Notes under the pieces: generated by a model
Database searches by the model: none
The model's input: only the letters and a program-made list of their open reading frames with translations
Told to the model about the DNA's origin: nothing
Shown: piece after piece, positions 10,815-19,792 of the stretch
How the letters are laid out: every line of letters begins with the position of its first letter
Numbering within the stretch: position 1 is the stretch's first letter
Source of the DNA: Fidelibacterota bacterium
GTDB taxonomy: Bacteria > Fidelibacterota > Marinisomatia > Marinisomatales > Marinisomataceae
Assembly (NCBI GenBank): GCA_017856055.1
Contig: JAFMFP010000002.1
Location: 1-50,751, forward strand
Direction of reading: 5' to 3'
DNA length: 50,751 nt
Translations under genes and position numbers: made by a program

Positions 10815-11990
10815 ATGGAAAAAATCAAATCTAGTTCAAGTCAAATTTTTCAAGATTTGGGATACCCCAAAACTAATCTTGAAAATTGGAAATATACCTC
10901 ATCAAAGTTTTTTCAAAATTATTCTTTTCAAAAAAATAAAATCCATTTTCCGCAAGAAATCAATCGCCAAAATAATACCATTTATTTTATTAATGGAGTT
11001 TTGGATGATACATCTTGGGAAAATTTTTCTTTAAAGAAAAATATTTCTCTTGAGAAAATTGATAGCCCCGTTGATGAATCAACCATTTTATCATCACAAA
11101 ACTTTATAAAAGAATCTATGTTTCATCTTTCTCTTTCTGGCGTTCAAGATGCTAATTATTGGAGAATTATTAGCAATAATCCTTTAGAAATAAACATTGT
11201 CTACATTTTTGATACCTCCATAGAAAATAATATGATTGCATCCTTAAATGTTTTTTCTATTGGAGACAATACTGAAATAAAAATTAATGAAAAAAAAATA
11301 TCCCTTAATTCTTCTTGCTTGGGAATTTCTCTTTCAAATTTTTTTTGTAGCGAAAACTCAAACTTAAGTCATAGCCTCGTAACAAATGACAATAATTTAG
11401 ATAAATCTCTTTCATTCTATAATTATAAAATGCAAAAAAATTCTAATCTTGCAATTGATAATGTTAATCACTCATCTAACTTTGATAAGAAGTTTTTTGA
11501 AATTGACTTAGATGATGAAGGTTCTGATGCAGAAGTTAATATTCTTAATCTTGTTAAAGGCACTCAGCATTATGATAACAATATTTTAGTTAACCACAAT
11601 GCTCCAAATTGTAGCAGTAGACAAAAAGTTAATAATATTCTCGATAACCAATCTACCGCAGTTTTTAATGGTAAAGTAATCGTATTAAAAAATGCTCAAA
11701 AAACTGATTCAGAGCAATCAAATAAGAATTTGCTTCTTTCAGAACAATCAAAAGCTCATTCGAACCCCCAACTAGAAATCTTTGCCGATGATGTTAAATG
11801 TGGACATGGATCCACAACTGGAGCCTTAGATGATTCAAGCATTTTTTACTTAAGATCTAGAGGTTTATCAGAAGAAGAATCGAGAAAAATTTTAATTGAA
11901 GCTTTTGCCAAAGAAATTGTTGAAGATTTTAGTAATTCTGGGTTAGAATCAGATTGTAACATTATCATATCAAAATGGATCAATGGATAA
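10815..11990 (+). CDS. sufD: Fe-S cluster assembly protein SufD
   Basis: The 391-aa ORF has a divergent N-terminus. Its C-terminal beta-helix shows SufB/D motifs (QKTDSEQSNKNLLLS, NPQLEIFADDVKCGHGSTTG, YLRSRGL). Confidence 0.9.
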   Translation: MEKIKSSSSQIFQDLGYPKTNLENWKYTSSKFFQNYSFQKNKIHFPQEINRQNNTIYFINGVLDDTSWENFSLKKNISLEKIDSPVDESTILSSQNFIKESMFHLSLSGVQDANYWRIISNNPLEINIVYIFDTSIENNMIASLNVFSIGDNTEIKINEKKISLNSSCLGISLSNFFCSENSNLSHSLVTNDNNLDKSLSFYNYKMQKNSNLAIDNVNHSSNFDKKFFEIDLDDEGSDAEVNILNLVKGTQHYDNNILVNHNAPNCSSRQKVNNILDNQSTAVFNGKVIVLKNAQKTDSEQSNKNLLLSEQSKAHSNPQLEIFADDVKCGHGSTTGALDDSSIFYLRSRGLSEEESRKILIEAFAKEIVEDFSNSGLESDCNIIISKWING

Positions 11991-12408
11991 AATTGTTAGC
12001 AATCTAGCGGAAATTCGAGAGAATTTTTCGCTTCTTACAGGTCAAGATAAACTACTCTACATAATTGATTTAAGTAAAAAATTAGAAATTATTCCCGAGA
12101 ATTATAAAACTATGGATAATCGAGTTAAAGCATGCACCTCTCAAACTTGGATAAAACTTGAAAATCCAGAAAAAATCAACATGGTTGCTGATTCAGAAAG
12201 TTCTGTTGTCAAAGGGCTATTGCGCATCCTTCAAGTTGCATTTGATGGAGCCTCTAATAAAGAAATAAAGAGCTTTATTAATTCTTTTGAAAATCCTGTC
12301 CAAATTTTTGAATGGTTAAATATTGGACCAACAATATCTAGCCAAAGACAAAATGGATTTATTGGTGCAATTAACATAATTTTAGAGAAAACCTCAGATG
12401 GAAAATAA
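11983..12408 (+). CDS. sufE: Cysteine desulfuration (sulfur acceptor) protein SufE
   Basis: The 141-aa ORF has the conserved acceptor cysteine context VKACTSQTWI, and its size and position in the suf operon fit SufE. Confidence 0.85.
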   Translation: MDKIVSNLAEIRENFSLLTGQDKLLYIIDLSKKLEIIPENYKTMDNRVKACTSQTWIKLENPEKINMVADSESSVVKGLLRILQVAFDGASNKEIKSFINSFENPVQIFEWLNIGPTISSQRQNGFIGAINIILEKTSDGK

Positions 12409-12922
12409 AAACTTCACTTTCAGTAGAGATATAAATGTTTATAGTGTTCCAGATGGCACCTTAACTCTTCTGAAACAAAATCAACAAGGAATCATAGTCC
12501 AATCACTAGGAGATAATTTTACTATTATTGTTGAAGGAAACATGTACCAAGTAAAAGGAAAAGATGCGGATGCAATTGGTGAAGAAATCATTGAAATCGA
12601 CTCTAATAATTTTGCTTCTGAAGACGAAATTTGGAATGTTTTACACACCTGCTATGATCCAGAAATTCCAGTTAACATTGTTGATTTAGGTTTGATTTAT
12701 GACTGTTCAATTAATTCAAAAGAAGATGGGGTGGATATTCATATTAAAATGACCCTAACAGCACCTGGATGCGGAATGGGTCCTGTAATAGCAGGAGAAG
12801 TTAAACAAAAACTTGAAGCTCTTAGTGGTGCAAGAAATGTTATGGTAGAACTAGTTTGGGAACCACAATGGAATCAAGAAATGATGAGTGATGCAGCAAA
12901 ACTTCAATTAGGTCTTTATTAA
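12398..12922 (+). CDS. sufT: Long-form SufT-like DUF59 protein
   Basis: The 174-aa ORF has a C-terminal DUF59 domain (DPEIPVNIVDLGLIYD, TAPGCGMGP) after a roughly 75-aa N-terminal extension. It sits between sufE and sufS. Confidence 0.8.
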   Translation: MENKNFTFSRDINVYSVPDGTLTLLKQNQQGIIVQSLGDNFTIIVEGNMYQVKGKDADAIGEEIIEIDSNNFASEDEIWNVLHTCYDPEIPVNIVDLGLIYDCSINSKEDGVDIHIKMTLTAPGCGMGPVIAGEVKQKLEALSGARNVMVELVWEPQWNQEMMSDAAKLQLGLY

Positions 12923-14115
12923 TGAATGCAATCAGAAAACATTTCCCAATATTAAATATTCAAAACAGAGGGAAAGAATTAGTGTATTTGGACAATGCGG
13001 CTACCAGCTTAACCCCTAATTCTGTTTTAGATTCAATCAATGAACATTACACCTCATATAGAGCTAGTGTGCACAGAAGCGTTTTCGAACTTGGTGAAAT
13101 TGTAACCAATAAATATGAAGAAAGTAGAAATAATATAGCTCAATATATAGGTGCGAAACCAAATTCAATTATCTTTACAAAAAATGCTACTGAGTCGCTT
13201 AATTTAGTCGCTGATGCATGGGGTTACGAAAATCTTAAAAAGAATGATACCATCTTATTAACTAATATGGAGCATCATTCTAATATTATTCCATGGCAAG
13301 TTATCGCAAAAAAAACGGGTGCAATATTAAGATATATTTTTTTTGATAAAAATGGTGAACTAAATCTCAATGAAATAGAAAATGAATTAAAAAAGGGGGT
13401 AAAAGTTCTATCTGTTACACACGCATCTAATGTCTTGGGAACTATTAATCCTATCAAAGACATCTGTGCTTTAGCACATCAATATGATACTTTAGTATGC
13501 GTTGATGGATGTCAAAGTACTCCACATGTAAGAATTGATGTTTCTGATTTAGATTGTGATTTTTTTGCTTTTTCTGGTCATAAAATGCTTGGACCTACCG
13601 GGATTGGAGTTTTGTATGCCAAAGAAGAGATATTAAATCGAATGTCTCCATATCAAACCGGTGGTGGGATGATTAATGATGTAGGGCTATATGATTCAGA
13701 ATGGACAGATATTCCTCACAAATTTGAACCTGGATCTCCAATGACTGCCCAAGTAATTGGGTTGTCTTCAGCAGTCAATTTTTTAAAAGAAATTGATTGG
13801 GAGTCGAATCATGGAATTGCTGAATATGTTATTAAAAAACTTCGTGAAATTAATGGTATTGAAATTTATGGCCAACCCAAGGAAAGAACTCCTATAGTAA
13901 GTTTTAATATTCAGAATATTCATTCTTTAGACTTAGCACATCTTTTGGACTATGAAGGAATTACAATTCGTTCTGGGCATATGTGCTGCAAACCTTTAAT
14001 GGACACCCTGAAGATATCAGGTTGCGCTCGAGCCAGTTTTTATTTTTATAATACTTTCGAAGAAGCAGACTTTTTTGTAGAAAAACTCAAAAAATCAATT
14101 AATATTTTATTATAA
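12922..14115 (+). CDS. sufS: Cysteine desulfurase SufS (class V aminotransferase, group II)
   Basis: The 397-aa ORF has the PLP-lysine motif FSGHKMLGPTGIGVLY and the catalytic Cys loop RSGHMCCKP. Confidence 0.94.
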   Translation: MNAIRKHFPILNIQNRGKELVYLDNAATSLTPNSVLDSINEHYTSYRASVHRSVFELGEIVTNKYEESRNNIAQYIGAKPNSIIFTKNATESLNLVADAWGYENLKKNDTILLTNMEHHSNIIPWQVIAKKTGAILRYIFFDKNGELNLNEIENELKKGVKVLSVTHASNVLGTINPIKDICALAHQYDTLVCVDGCQSTPHVRIDVSDLDCDFFAFSGHKMLGPTGIGVLYAKEEILNRMSPYQTGGGMINDVGLYDSEWTDIPHKFEPGSPMTAQVIGLSSAVNFLKEIDWESNHGIAEYVIKKLREINGIEIYGQPKERTPIVSFNIQNIHSLDLAHLLDYEGITIRSGHMCCKPLMDTLKISGCARASFYFYNTFEEADFFVEKLKKSINILL

Positions 14116-14361
14116 ATGATTACTATCAATTTAGAAGATTTTTTGATTGATGGAATGCTCAAGGAAGATCATTTTCGAAATAAAGTTGAATCTATTGATT
14201 GGACTCAATACAAGAATCAAAAAGTTATCATTAAAGGCTGTACCTCTGTTCCAGTGCCTACTTGGGCTTATTTAATCATTACATCTAGACTAGCACACCA
14301 ATCAAAAAGAATTTACTTTGGCGAACCTTGTTCAGCAGTGGAAATATATAAAAAAAATTAA
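14116..14361 (+). CDS. DUF2480-like small protein (single module)
   Basis: The 81-aa ORF has VIIKGC...VPxWAY...FGEPCSAVEIYKK. From memory this resembles the repeat module of DUF2480 proteins found next to suf operons in the FCB group. It starts 1 nt after the sufS stop. Confidence 0.55.
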   Translation: MITINLEDFLIDGMLKEDHFRNKVESIDWTQYKNQKVIIKGCTSVPVPTWAYLIITSRLAHQSKRIYFGEPCSAVEIYKKN

Positions 14362-16208
14362 TTCGATAGATTTTCAGCAACAATATCTGCTATATCTTTA
14401 ACTTGGATTTTTTCTTGGTTTGAAGGAGTTAAAGGACCAATTCCCTGATTCATCATTCCATAACAAAAATTGCAACCAGTAACAACGGTATCAGTTTTTG
14501 ACTGAATCACTTGTTCTGCTCTCAACAGATGCGTTCTTCCTTCACCGGTGTCTTTTTTCCACCACAAAGCACCTCCAGCTCCACAACATAAAGTGTCTTT
14601 TCCATGCTCTTCTAATTCAAAAAAATTTGGAGCAGATGCTTGAAGTAATTTTCGAGGCGCCTCTGTTTCATTTAACGTTCTCGATAAATTGCAGGGATCA
14701 TGATATGTCACCTTTTCTAAAGATCCTGGAGTGATATTAATTCTGTTATCTTCTAAAAGTTCAGCAATCATTTGAGTGTGGTGTTTTACTTCGTAATTAA
14801 TTTCATGATATTTTTGATATTCCTTTTGAAGATTAACAACACAGTGCGGGCACATACTTACAACTTTTTTAACTCCTTTTAATGCCTCAACATTTTGATC
14901 CATTAATAGCTGGAATGTTAATTTGTCCCCAAGTTTATTGGCGGGATCTCCGGAGCATTGTTCATTACTCAATACCCCATAGCTTATTGAGGCGGATTCT
15001 AAAATTTTTGTGAAGTTTCGTACAGATTTTATGAAATTTGGATCCATAGCATGTTTAGCAAAACAACCAAGCCATAATACAATTTCTTTCTCTGCGGTAT
15101 ATTCTGGCAACTCCTTTAAGATTTCGCTACTATTTTTACCTTCAGTATTTCCAGTTTCTTGCAAATTCATTAAAAGCTTTTGGTATTCCTGTGGAACGTC
15201 TCCTGTAGACAAAACTTGAAAGCTTCTAATTTCATCGGCTTTTTCAACTTGATTACCAACAGGGCAAACTTCAGTACAAGCCTGACAAGTAGTACATTCC
15301 CATCCAGCTTCAACATTAATTTTGTCTACGACATTTACATCTTGGTTTTCAAGCATTGGTTTTTTCAAATCTAGAATAAAATGGTATTTGGGATTTAAAA
15401 TACCTCCCCCTCTATTTGCAGGACATACCTCCGTGCATCTACCACATTCAACGCAAGTAAAAATATCTAATGCTTGATTCTTACTCAATCGTGACAAGTC
15501 TAAAAGTAAATTGTCTAGTTCTTCTTCAGAAGCTTCGAGATCTATAGGAACAGGAGCATGGTTGGGATTATCAAATGGCTTTAGAAAGATATTAAATGGA
15601 GATAAAACCAAATGCATATGCTTTGATTTAGGAATTAGAAAAAGGAAGCTTCCTATTACGAAAGAATGTAGCCACCAATTGATTTTGTATTGCAAAAGAG
15701 TATTCCATAAATGGAGTTCATCATACAAATAAGTAATCATTAATAAAAAAATAAAAAGAGAAACTACAGCAGAAGTTTTAGATTTTTCTCCAAGAAATTT
15801 AGGCTTAATGAAAAATCGACGATAAGCTAATCCTAAAATTCCAATTAAACACAAAATTGCCCAGGGTAAACCAACAAAATAAAAATAATTTAACTTAAAA
15901 GATGGAGAAAATAGCTTGATGTCAAATGGTATTAGAAAATGATTAAGGGTGATTAATCCAAAAAAAATGAAACCATACATAACAAATAAATGTAAAAACC
16001 CAACAATTGTTCTTTGTTTACTTATTACTTTTTTATGAAGAATAACTTCATCAAATAATCTTTTTAATCTTGATATAAGATTATCAAAATCAAATGAACC
16101 TTTTCCTTTAAAAACAATAGATAAACGAAGATAGAGGTGATACAAGAAAAAGGAAATCGCCGAAGAGAGAAAGGTGATTAATAGTATTTTTTCTAAGATA
16201 GTGAACAT
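14358..16208 (-). CDS. Membrane-anchored HdrD/GlpC-like Fe-S oxidoreductase (EtfD-type candidate ETF:quinone link)
   Basis: The 616-aa ORF has about 5-6 N-terminal TM helices with several conserved-looking His residues. It carries two 4Fe-4S motifs (CVECGRCTEVCP, CTTCQACTEVCP) and cysteine-rich CCG-type segments (CCGAGG, CPHC, GCNFC). It lies directly downstream of etfBA. Confidence 0.8.
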   Translation of the reverse strand: MFTILEKILLITFLSSAISFFLYHLYLRLSIVFKGKGSFDFDNLISRLKRLFDEVILHKKVISKQRTIVGFLHLFVMYGFIFFGLITLNHFLIPFDIKLFSPSFKLNYFYFVGLPWAILCLIGILGLAYRRFFIKPKFLGEKSKTSAVVSLFIFLLMITYLYDELHLWNTLLQYKINWWLHSFVIGSFLFLIPKSKHMHLVLSPFNIFLKPFDNPNHAPVPIDLEASEEELDNLLLDLSRLSKNQALDIFTCVECGRCTEVCPANRGGGILNPKYHFILDLKKPMLENQDVNVVDKINVEAGWECTTCQACTEVCPVGNQVEKADEIRSFQVLSTGDVPQEYQKLLMNLQETGNTEGKNSSEILKELPEYTAEKEIVLWLGCFAKHAMDPNFIKSVRNFTKILESASISYGVLSNEQCSGDPANKLGDKLTFQLLMDQNVEALKGVKKVVSMCPHCVVNLQKEYQKYHEINYEVKHHTQMIAELLEDNRINITPGSLEKVTYHDPCNLSRTLNETEAPRKLLQASAPNFFELEEHGKDTLCCGAGGALWWKKDTGEGRTHLLRAEQVIQSKTDTVVTGCNFCYGMMNQGIGPLTPSNQEKIQVKDIADIVAENLSN

Positions 16209-16224
16209 TTAAATTTTTCTGCTT

Positions 16225-17196
16225 CTATCTTTTCCTCAACTCTTCAGTTAAAAGGGGTGCAATTTCTAACAAATCTCCAATTACTGCATAGTCAGCAATT
16301 TCAAAAATTGGAGCTTCCTCATCCTTATTAATTGCAATAATATTTTTTGAACCCTTCATGCCAACAACATGTTGAATGGCACCTGAAATACCAAGAGCAA
16401 AGTATAATTTAGGAGAAACTGTTTGTCCTGAACTTCCTATTTGTCTAAAAGGAGGTAACCATCCCATATCCACTACAGGTCTAGAGGATGCTAACTCGGC
16501 CCCTAGTACTTTAGCTAATTCTTCTGCTATTGGAATATTATCCTGATTATCAATTCCTCGACCCACAGAGACTATCAATTCAGCGGTTGATAAATCAACT
16601 CCGCTAGAAGATTCTTGAAACTCTTCTTCCGTAGTAGATCTTATATCGCTATCACTTAATTGTACTTCAAAATTGGTCACTTTTTCAGGAGCGCCCTTAA
16701 TTAATTCATCAGCAGAAAAAGCAGCAGATTGAAAACTTAAAAGGCATCCATTAGTCGATTCATTTTCAATTCTACTGGAAAGTTTCGCATTAAAAACTTG
16801 TTTAGAAAATTGAATATTTTGACTAGAAAGATTAATAGACGTTATATCAGATATAAATGGTATTGATAAATTTGCGCTCACTCGTGGAACATAGTCACGA
16901 ACCATATACGAATGTCCAAAAATACAATACTTTGGACTATAGGATTTAATTAAATCAACAATTATTTTAGAAAACCCGTCTGCAGAATAAGTTTTAAGTA
17001 AAGGGTGTGAGGCTAAAATTAATTCGCTGCAATCAAATTGTTTAGCGCTTTCATGAATAGGGTCAATATTGTCGCCAACGCAAAGTATTGATAAAGGCTG
17101 GTTTAGAGATTTAGCAATTTTTTGACCCGCAACAACAGATTCAACGCTAAAAGGATGAATCTTCCCTCTTTGATTTTCTAGCACTACTAAAATCAT
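16225..17196 (-). CDS. etfA: Electron transfer flavoprotein alpha subunit
   Basis: The 323-aa ORF has a C-terminal FAD-binding motif (SRPVVDMGWLP...QIGSSGQTVSPKLYFALGISGAIQH) and overlaps etfB by 4 nt. Confidence 0.94.
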   Translation of the reverse strand: MILVVLENQRGKIHPFSVESVVAGQKIAKSLNQPLSILCVGDNIDPIHESAKQFDCSELILASHPLLKTYSADGFSKIIVDLIKSYSPKYCIFGHSYMVRDYVPRVSANLSIPFISDITSINLSSQNIQFSKQVFNAKLSSRIENESTNGCLLSFQSAAFSADELIKGAPEKVTNFEVQLSDSDIRSTTEEEFQESSSGVDLSTAELIVSVGRGIDNQDNIPIAEELAKVLGAELASSRPVVDMGWLPPFRQIGSSGQTVSPKLYFALGISGAIQHVVGMKGSKNIIAINKDEEAPIFEIADYAVIGDLLEIAPLLTEELRKR

Positions 17197-17966
17197 TGAA
17201 TTATCCTTAAATCATTTTTTAAAACTTCAAGAATTCTGGAAACAACTGATTTAGAATCGCCTTCTATTTTTTTAGTTTGTTTTTCATTGGATGGAATGTA
17301 CAGCTCAACCATAGATTGTAGTTTATTGTTAGAAAATTGATTGGAATTGAGCTTAGCAACCTCTTTATTTCTTGCACCCATAATGCCTTTTAATGAAGGA
17401 TATCGTGGGTTATTAATTCCAGATTGAATAGAAATACTAGCTGGCAATGGTAATGTCAACCATTGAAACCATCCTGACTCAAGCTCGCGCTTTACCCTAA
17501 TTGCAGAAGGTTGAATTTGGGTTTCAATAGCTAATGTTGCAGTAGACATCTTTAATTTTTCACCTAAGAGTACTCCCACTTGTCCAGAACCCAAATCATC
17601 AGATTGCAATCCTGAAAATACCAAATCAAACTGTTCATCTTTTATACAATCACTTATAAGAGTTGCAATTGAAAGTGGATCAGAAATTTTTTCTTGTGAA
17701 TCGATCAAAATTGCTCTGTCTGCTCCCTTTGCTAATCCATCCTTTATAATTTTAGAACACTTATCTTCTGACCCCATAGAAACTACTACGACTTCTGAAT
17801 TGTCAGCTAATGATTCCCTTATTTTTAATGCTTCTTCAAGAGCATAAGCATCACTCTCATTGATGACATAATTCACTATTGAATCATCTATCCATTTAGA
17901 GGATGTGTCAATTCTTATTAAGGATTCATAACTAGGAATTGCCTTTGTTAAAACAGCTATTTTCAT
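17193..17966 (-). CDS. etfB: Electron transfer flavoprotein beta subunit
   Basis: The 257-aa ORF has MKIAVLTK..., an AYALEEAL segment, and the recognition loop region DLVFSGLQSDDLGSGQVG. Confidence 0.93.
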   Translation of the reverse strand: MKIAVLTKAIPSYESLIRIDTSSKWIDDSIVNYVINESDAYALEEALKIRESLADNSEVVVVSMGSEDKCSKIIKDGLAKGADRAILIDSQEKISDPLSIATLISDCIKDEQFDLVFSGLQSDDLGSGQVGVLLGEKLKMSTATLAIETQIQPSAIRVKRELESGWFQWLTLPLPASISIQSGINNPRYPSLKGIMGARNKEVAKLNSNQFSNNKLQSMVELYIPSNEKQTKKIEGDSKSVVSRILEVLKNDLRIIQ

Positions 17967-18017
17967 CTCTTTATAGTTTAGTTGTTAAGATATAAGTAAT
18001 CAATAAAATAAAGCGGC

Positions 18018-18425
18018 TTATTCTTCGCTATCGCCAGTAGCAAATCTAGTCCAATCAGAAGAAGTAGCTAAGGACTCATCAATGGAGGTGTCAGACTCTG
18101 ACAATTGAGAGCCATATTTTGAATCATCCTCATAAATGTTTAAACTATCTTTCTTTACTTCATATTTATCTAAATCAATTTCTTCGTCATCCGAATCTAA
18201 AGACTCTTTATCTTGACTGTACAAATCAAAATCAAAAAAATCGAGGTTTTCTACGTGACCATTCTCCATAAGATATTCTAAAAAAGGTAAAAATTTTCTC
18301 TTTTTTAAAACAGTCTTACATCTAGGGCATCTTAACTTTGCAGTAATTTCAGAAGTGCTTATTTCTTCATCACAACAGGGAGTTATGACTTCGTCATCAA
18401 ATGAGGATATAATATTCTTCGACAT
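18018..18425 (-). CDS. Hypothetical protein: putative CC/CxxC zinc-ribbon N-terminus with a highly acidic D/E/S-rich tail
   Basis: The 135-aa ORF has CCDEE...(14 aa)...CPRCKT, then a low-complexity acidic region. I recognise no family. Confidence 0.5.
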   Translation of the reverse strand: MSKNIISSFDDEVITPCCDEEISTSEITAKLRCPRCKTVLKKRKFLPFLEYLMENGHVENLDFFDFDLYSQDKESLDSDDEEIDLDKYEVKKDSLNIYEDDSKYGSQLSESDTSIDESLATSSDWTRFATGDSEE

Positions 18426-18445
18426 AATCGTTTGTGAAGATATTA

Positions 18446-19228
18446 TTAGTTGAGATGTGAGTCAATATTTTTGTATAGCTCATTTAAGTTATTTTTTTGA
18501 GCTTCTGGTAGTTTTAAGCTTCTTCTTTCCATCATTCTTTCTAATGAATCGCAAAAATCTTCGAATGAAATCCTGTGAATTTTATCTTTATAAAACATTG
18601 AAAACATCTTTATATGTCTTGGCGGAAAAGTTTGAGATACTACATTGCATCCTAATTCAATAATTGTTCCAGTATTTAAATTACAACCAATTGAGGTTTT
18701 ACAAAAATCACCAATAACAGAACCTAAAAACTGCGCGTCTGTTTTAATAAGGCTTTCTCCCCACTTGACAGATATTTTTGAATAATTGTTCTTTAAATTG
18801 CTAGTAGTAGTTCCTGCCCCCAAATTAACCCAACTTCCAATTAAAGAATGGCCCATAAAACCCTCGTGAGCTTTGTTGGAGAATGGTTGAAATATTGATG
18901 AATGAACTTCGCCAGCAACCTTACAATTTCGATTAATAATTGAATTAGCAATATTGGAGTGAGATTTGACTAAACAATATTTTCCAATATATAATGGCCC
19001 TCTTAAAACAGAAAAGGGCTCAATAGTCGCTGAAGGATCAATTATTATGGGCCCTGATCTTTCATCAAAAATAACATTATTTATATTATTGTAATCTGAA
19101 ACTTTCTTTTTAAAAAAATCTGGAATTTGATGAATTAATTCCCATGGCATAATCTCTTCATAATTAGAGATATCTTCATCAAACAATACGAGATTATTGG
19201 TGATAATTGTTTTGTAATAATTTTTCAT
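18446..19228 (-). CDS. Left-handed beta-helix (hexapeptide-repeat) protein, GlmU-C-terminal-like 'putative sugar nucleotidyl transferase' family, lacking the N-terminal domain
   Basis: The 260-aa ORF has SNKAHEGFMGHSLIGSWVNLGAGTTTSNLKNNY and downstream FPPRHI...MERR. From memory these match the alternative GlmU-like family common in the FCB group. Confidence 0.7.
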   Translation of the reverse strand: MKNYYKTIITNNLVLFDEDISNYEEIMPWELIHQIPDFFKKKVSDYNNINNVIFDERSGPIIIDPSATIEPFSVLRGPLYIGKYCLVKSHSNIANSIINRNCKVAGEVHSSIFQPFSNKAHEGFMGHSLIGSWVNLGAGTTTSNLKNNYSKISVKWGESLIKTDAQFLGSVIGDFCKTSIGCNLNTGTIIELGCNVVSQTFPPRHIKMFSMFYKDKIHRISFEDFCDSLERMMERRSLKLPEAQKNNLNELYKNIDSHLN

Positions 19229-19734
19229 ATCAATATAAACTTTTTAATTAACTCAAATGTTTCATAATAATTTGTCTTATGCTTTGAATCTAAAACAACA
19301 TTGTAATAATTACTTGATATATCTGAGTGAAACCCCAGCTTGACTGTCCATGGGGGTGCAAAAAAAATAATTGGGTGAACAAATCGATTGAATTGCGAGT
19401 TTAAATCAATAATATTTTTATATCTCAAAGAAAAAACTTTTTCTAAAAATGGAACATTAAGCATTTGCAAACTATTCAAATCTTTAAAGTTATAATAATA
19501 CATTGAGGATTGAACTTCATCCGAATAAAAATTTTTTAACTCGTCTCTAGAAATAAAATATACTATCGAAGACTGTTCTTTATGTTGCATGAATATATTG
19601 GCCAAGTCCAAAGATGATGAATCGTCCGGAAGAAGAATTAGGGAATTATTACTAGAAACAGGCGTCATATTTTCAAATGAAACATTTTTATAAACCTGAT
19701 AAAAAGTTTTTAATTCTCTTTTTGATAAATTCAT
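19225..19734 (-). CDS. Hypothetical protein (169 aa), translationally coupled to the LbH gene
   Basis: An ATGA stop/start overlap joins it to the downstream gene. Y/N/F-rich composition is consistent with real coding in this genome. No recognisable motif. Confidence 0.5.
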   Translation of the reverse strand: MNLSKRELKTFYQVYKNVSFENMTPVSSNNSLILLPDDSSSLDLANIFMQHKEQSSIVYFISRDELKNFYSDEVQSSMYYYNFKDLNSLQMLNVPFLEKVFSLRYKNIIDLNSQFNRFVHPIIFFAPPWTVKLGFHSDISSNYYNVVLDSKHKTNYYETFELIKKFILI

Positions 19735-19792
19735 ATTACTTGGTCGTTAAAATAATAAAATTACTAAATTAGGATGTAAAAGATTAGAAGTT

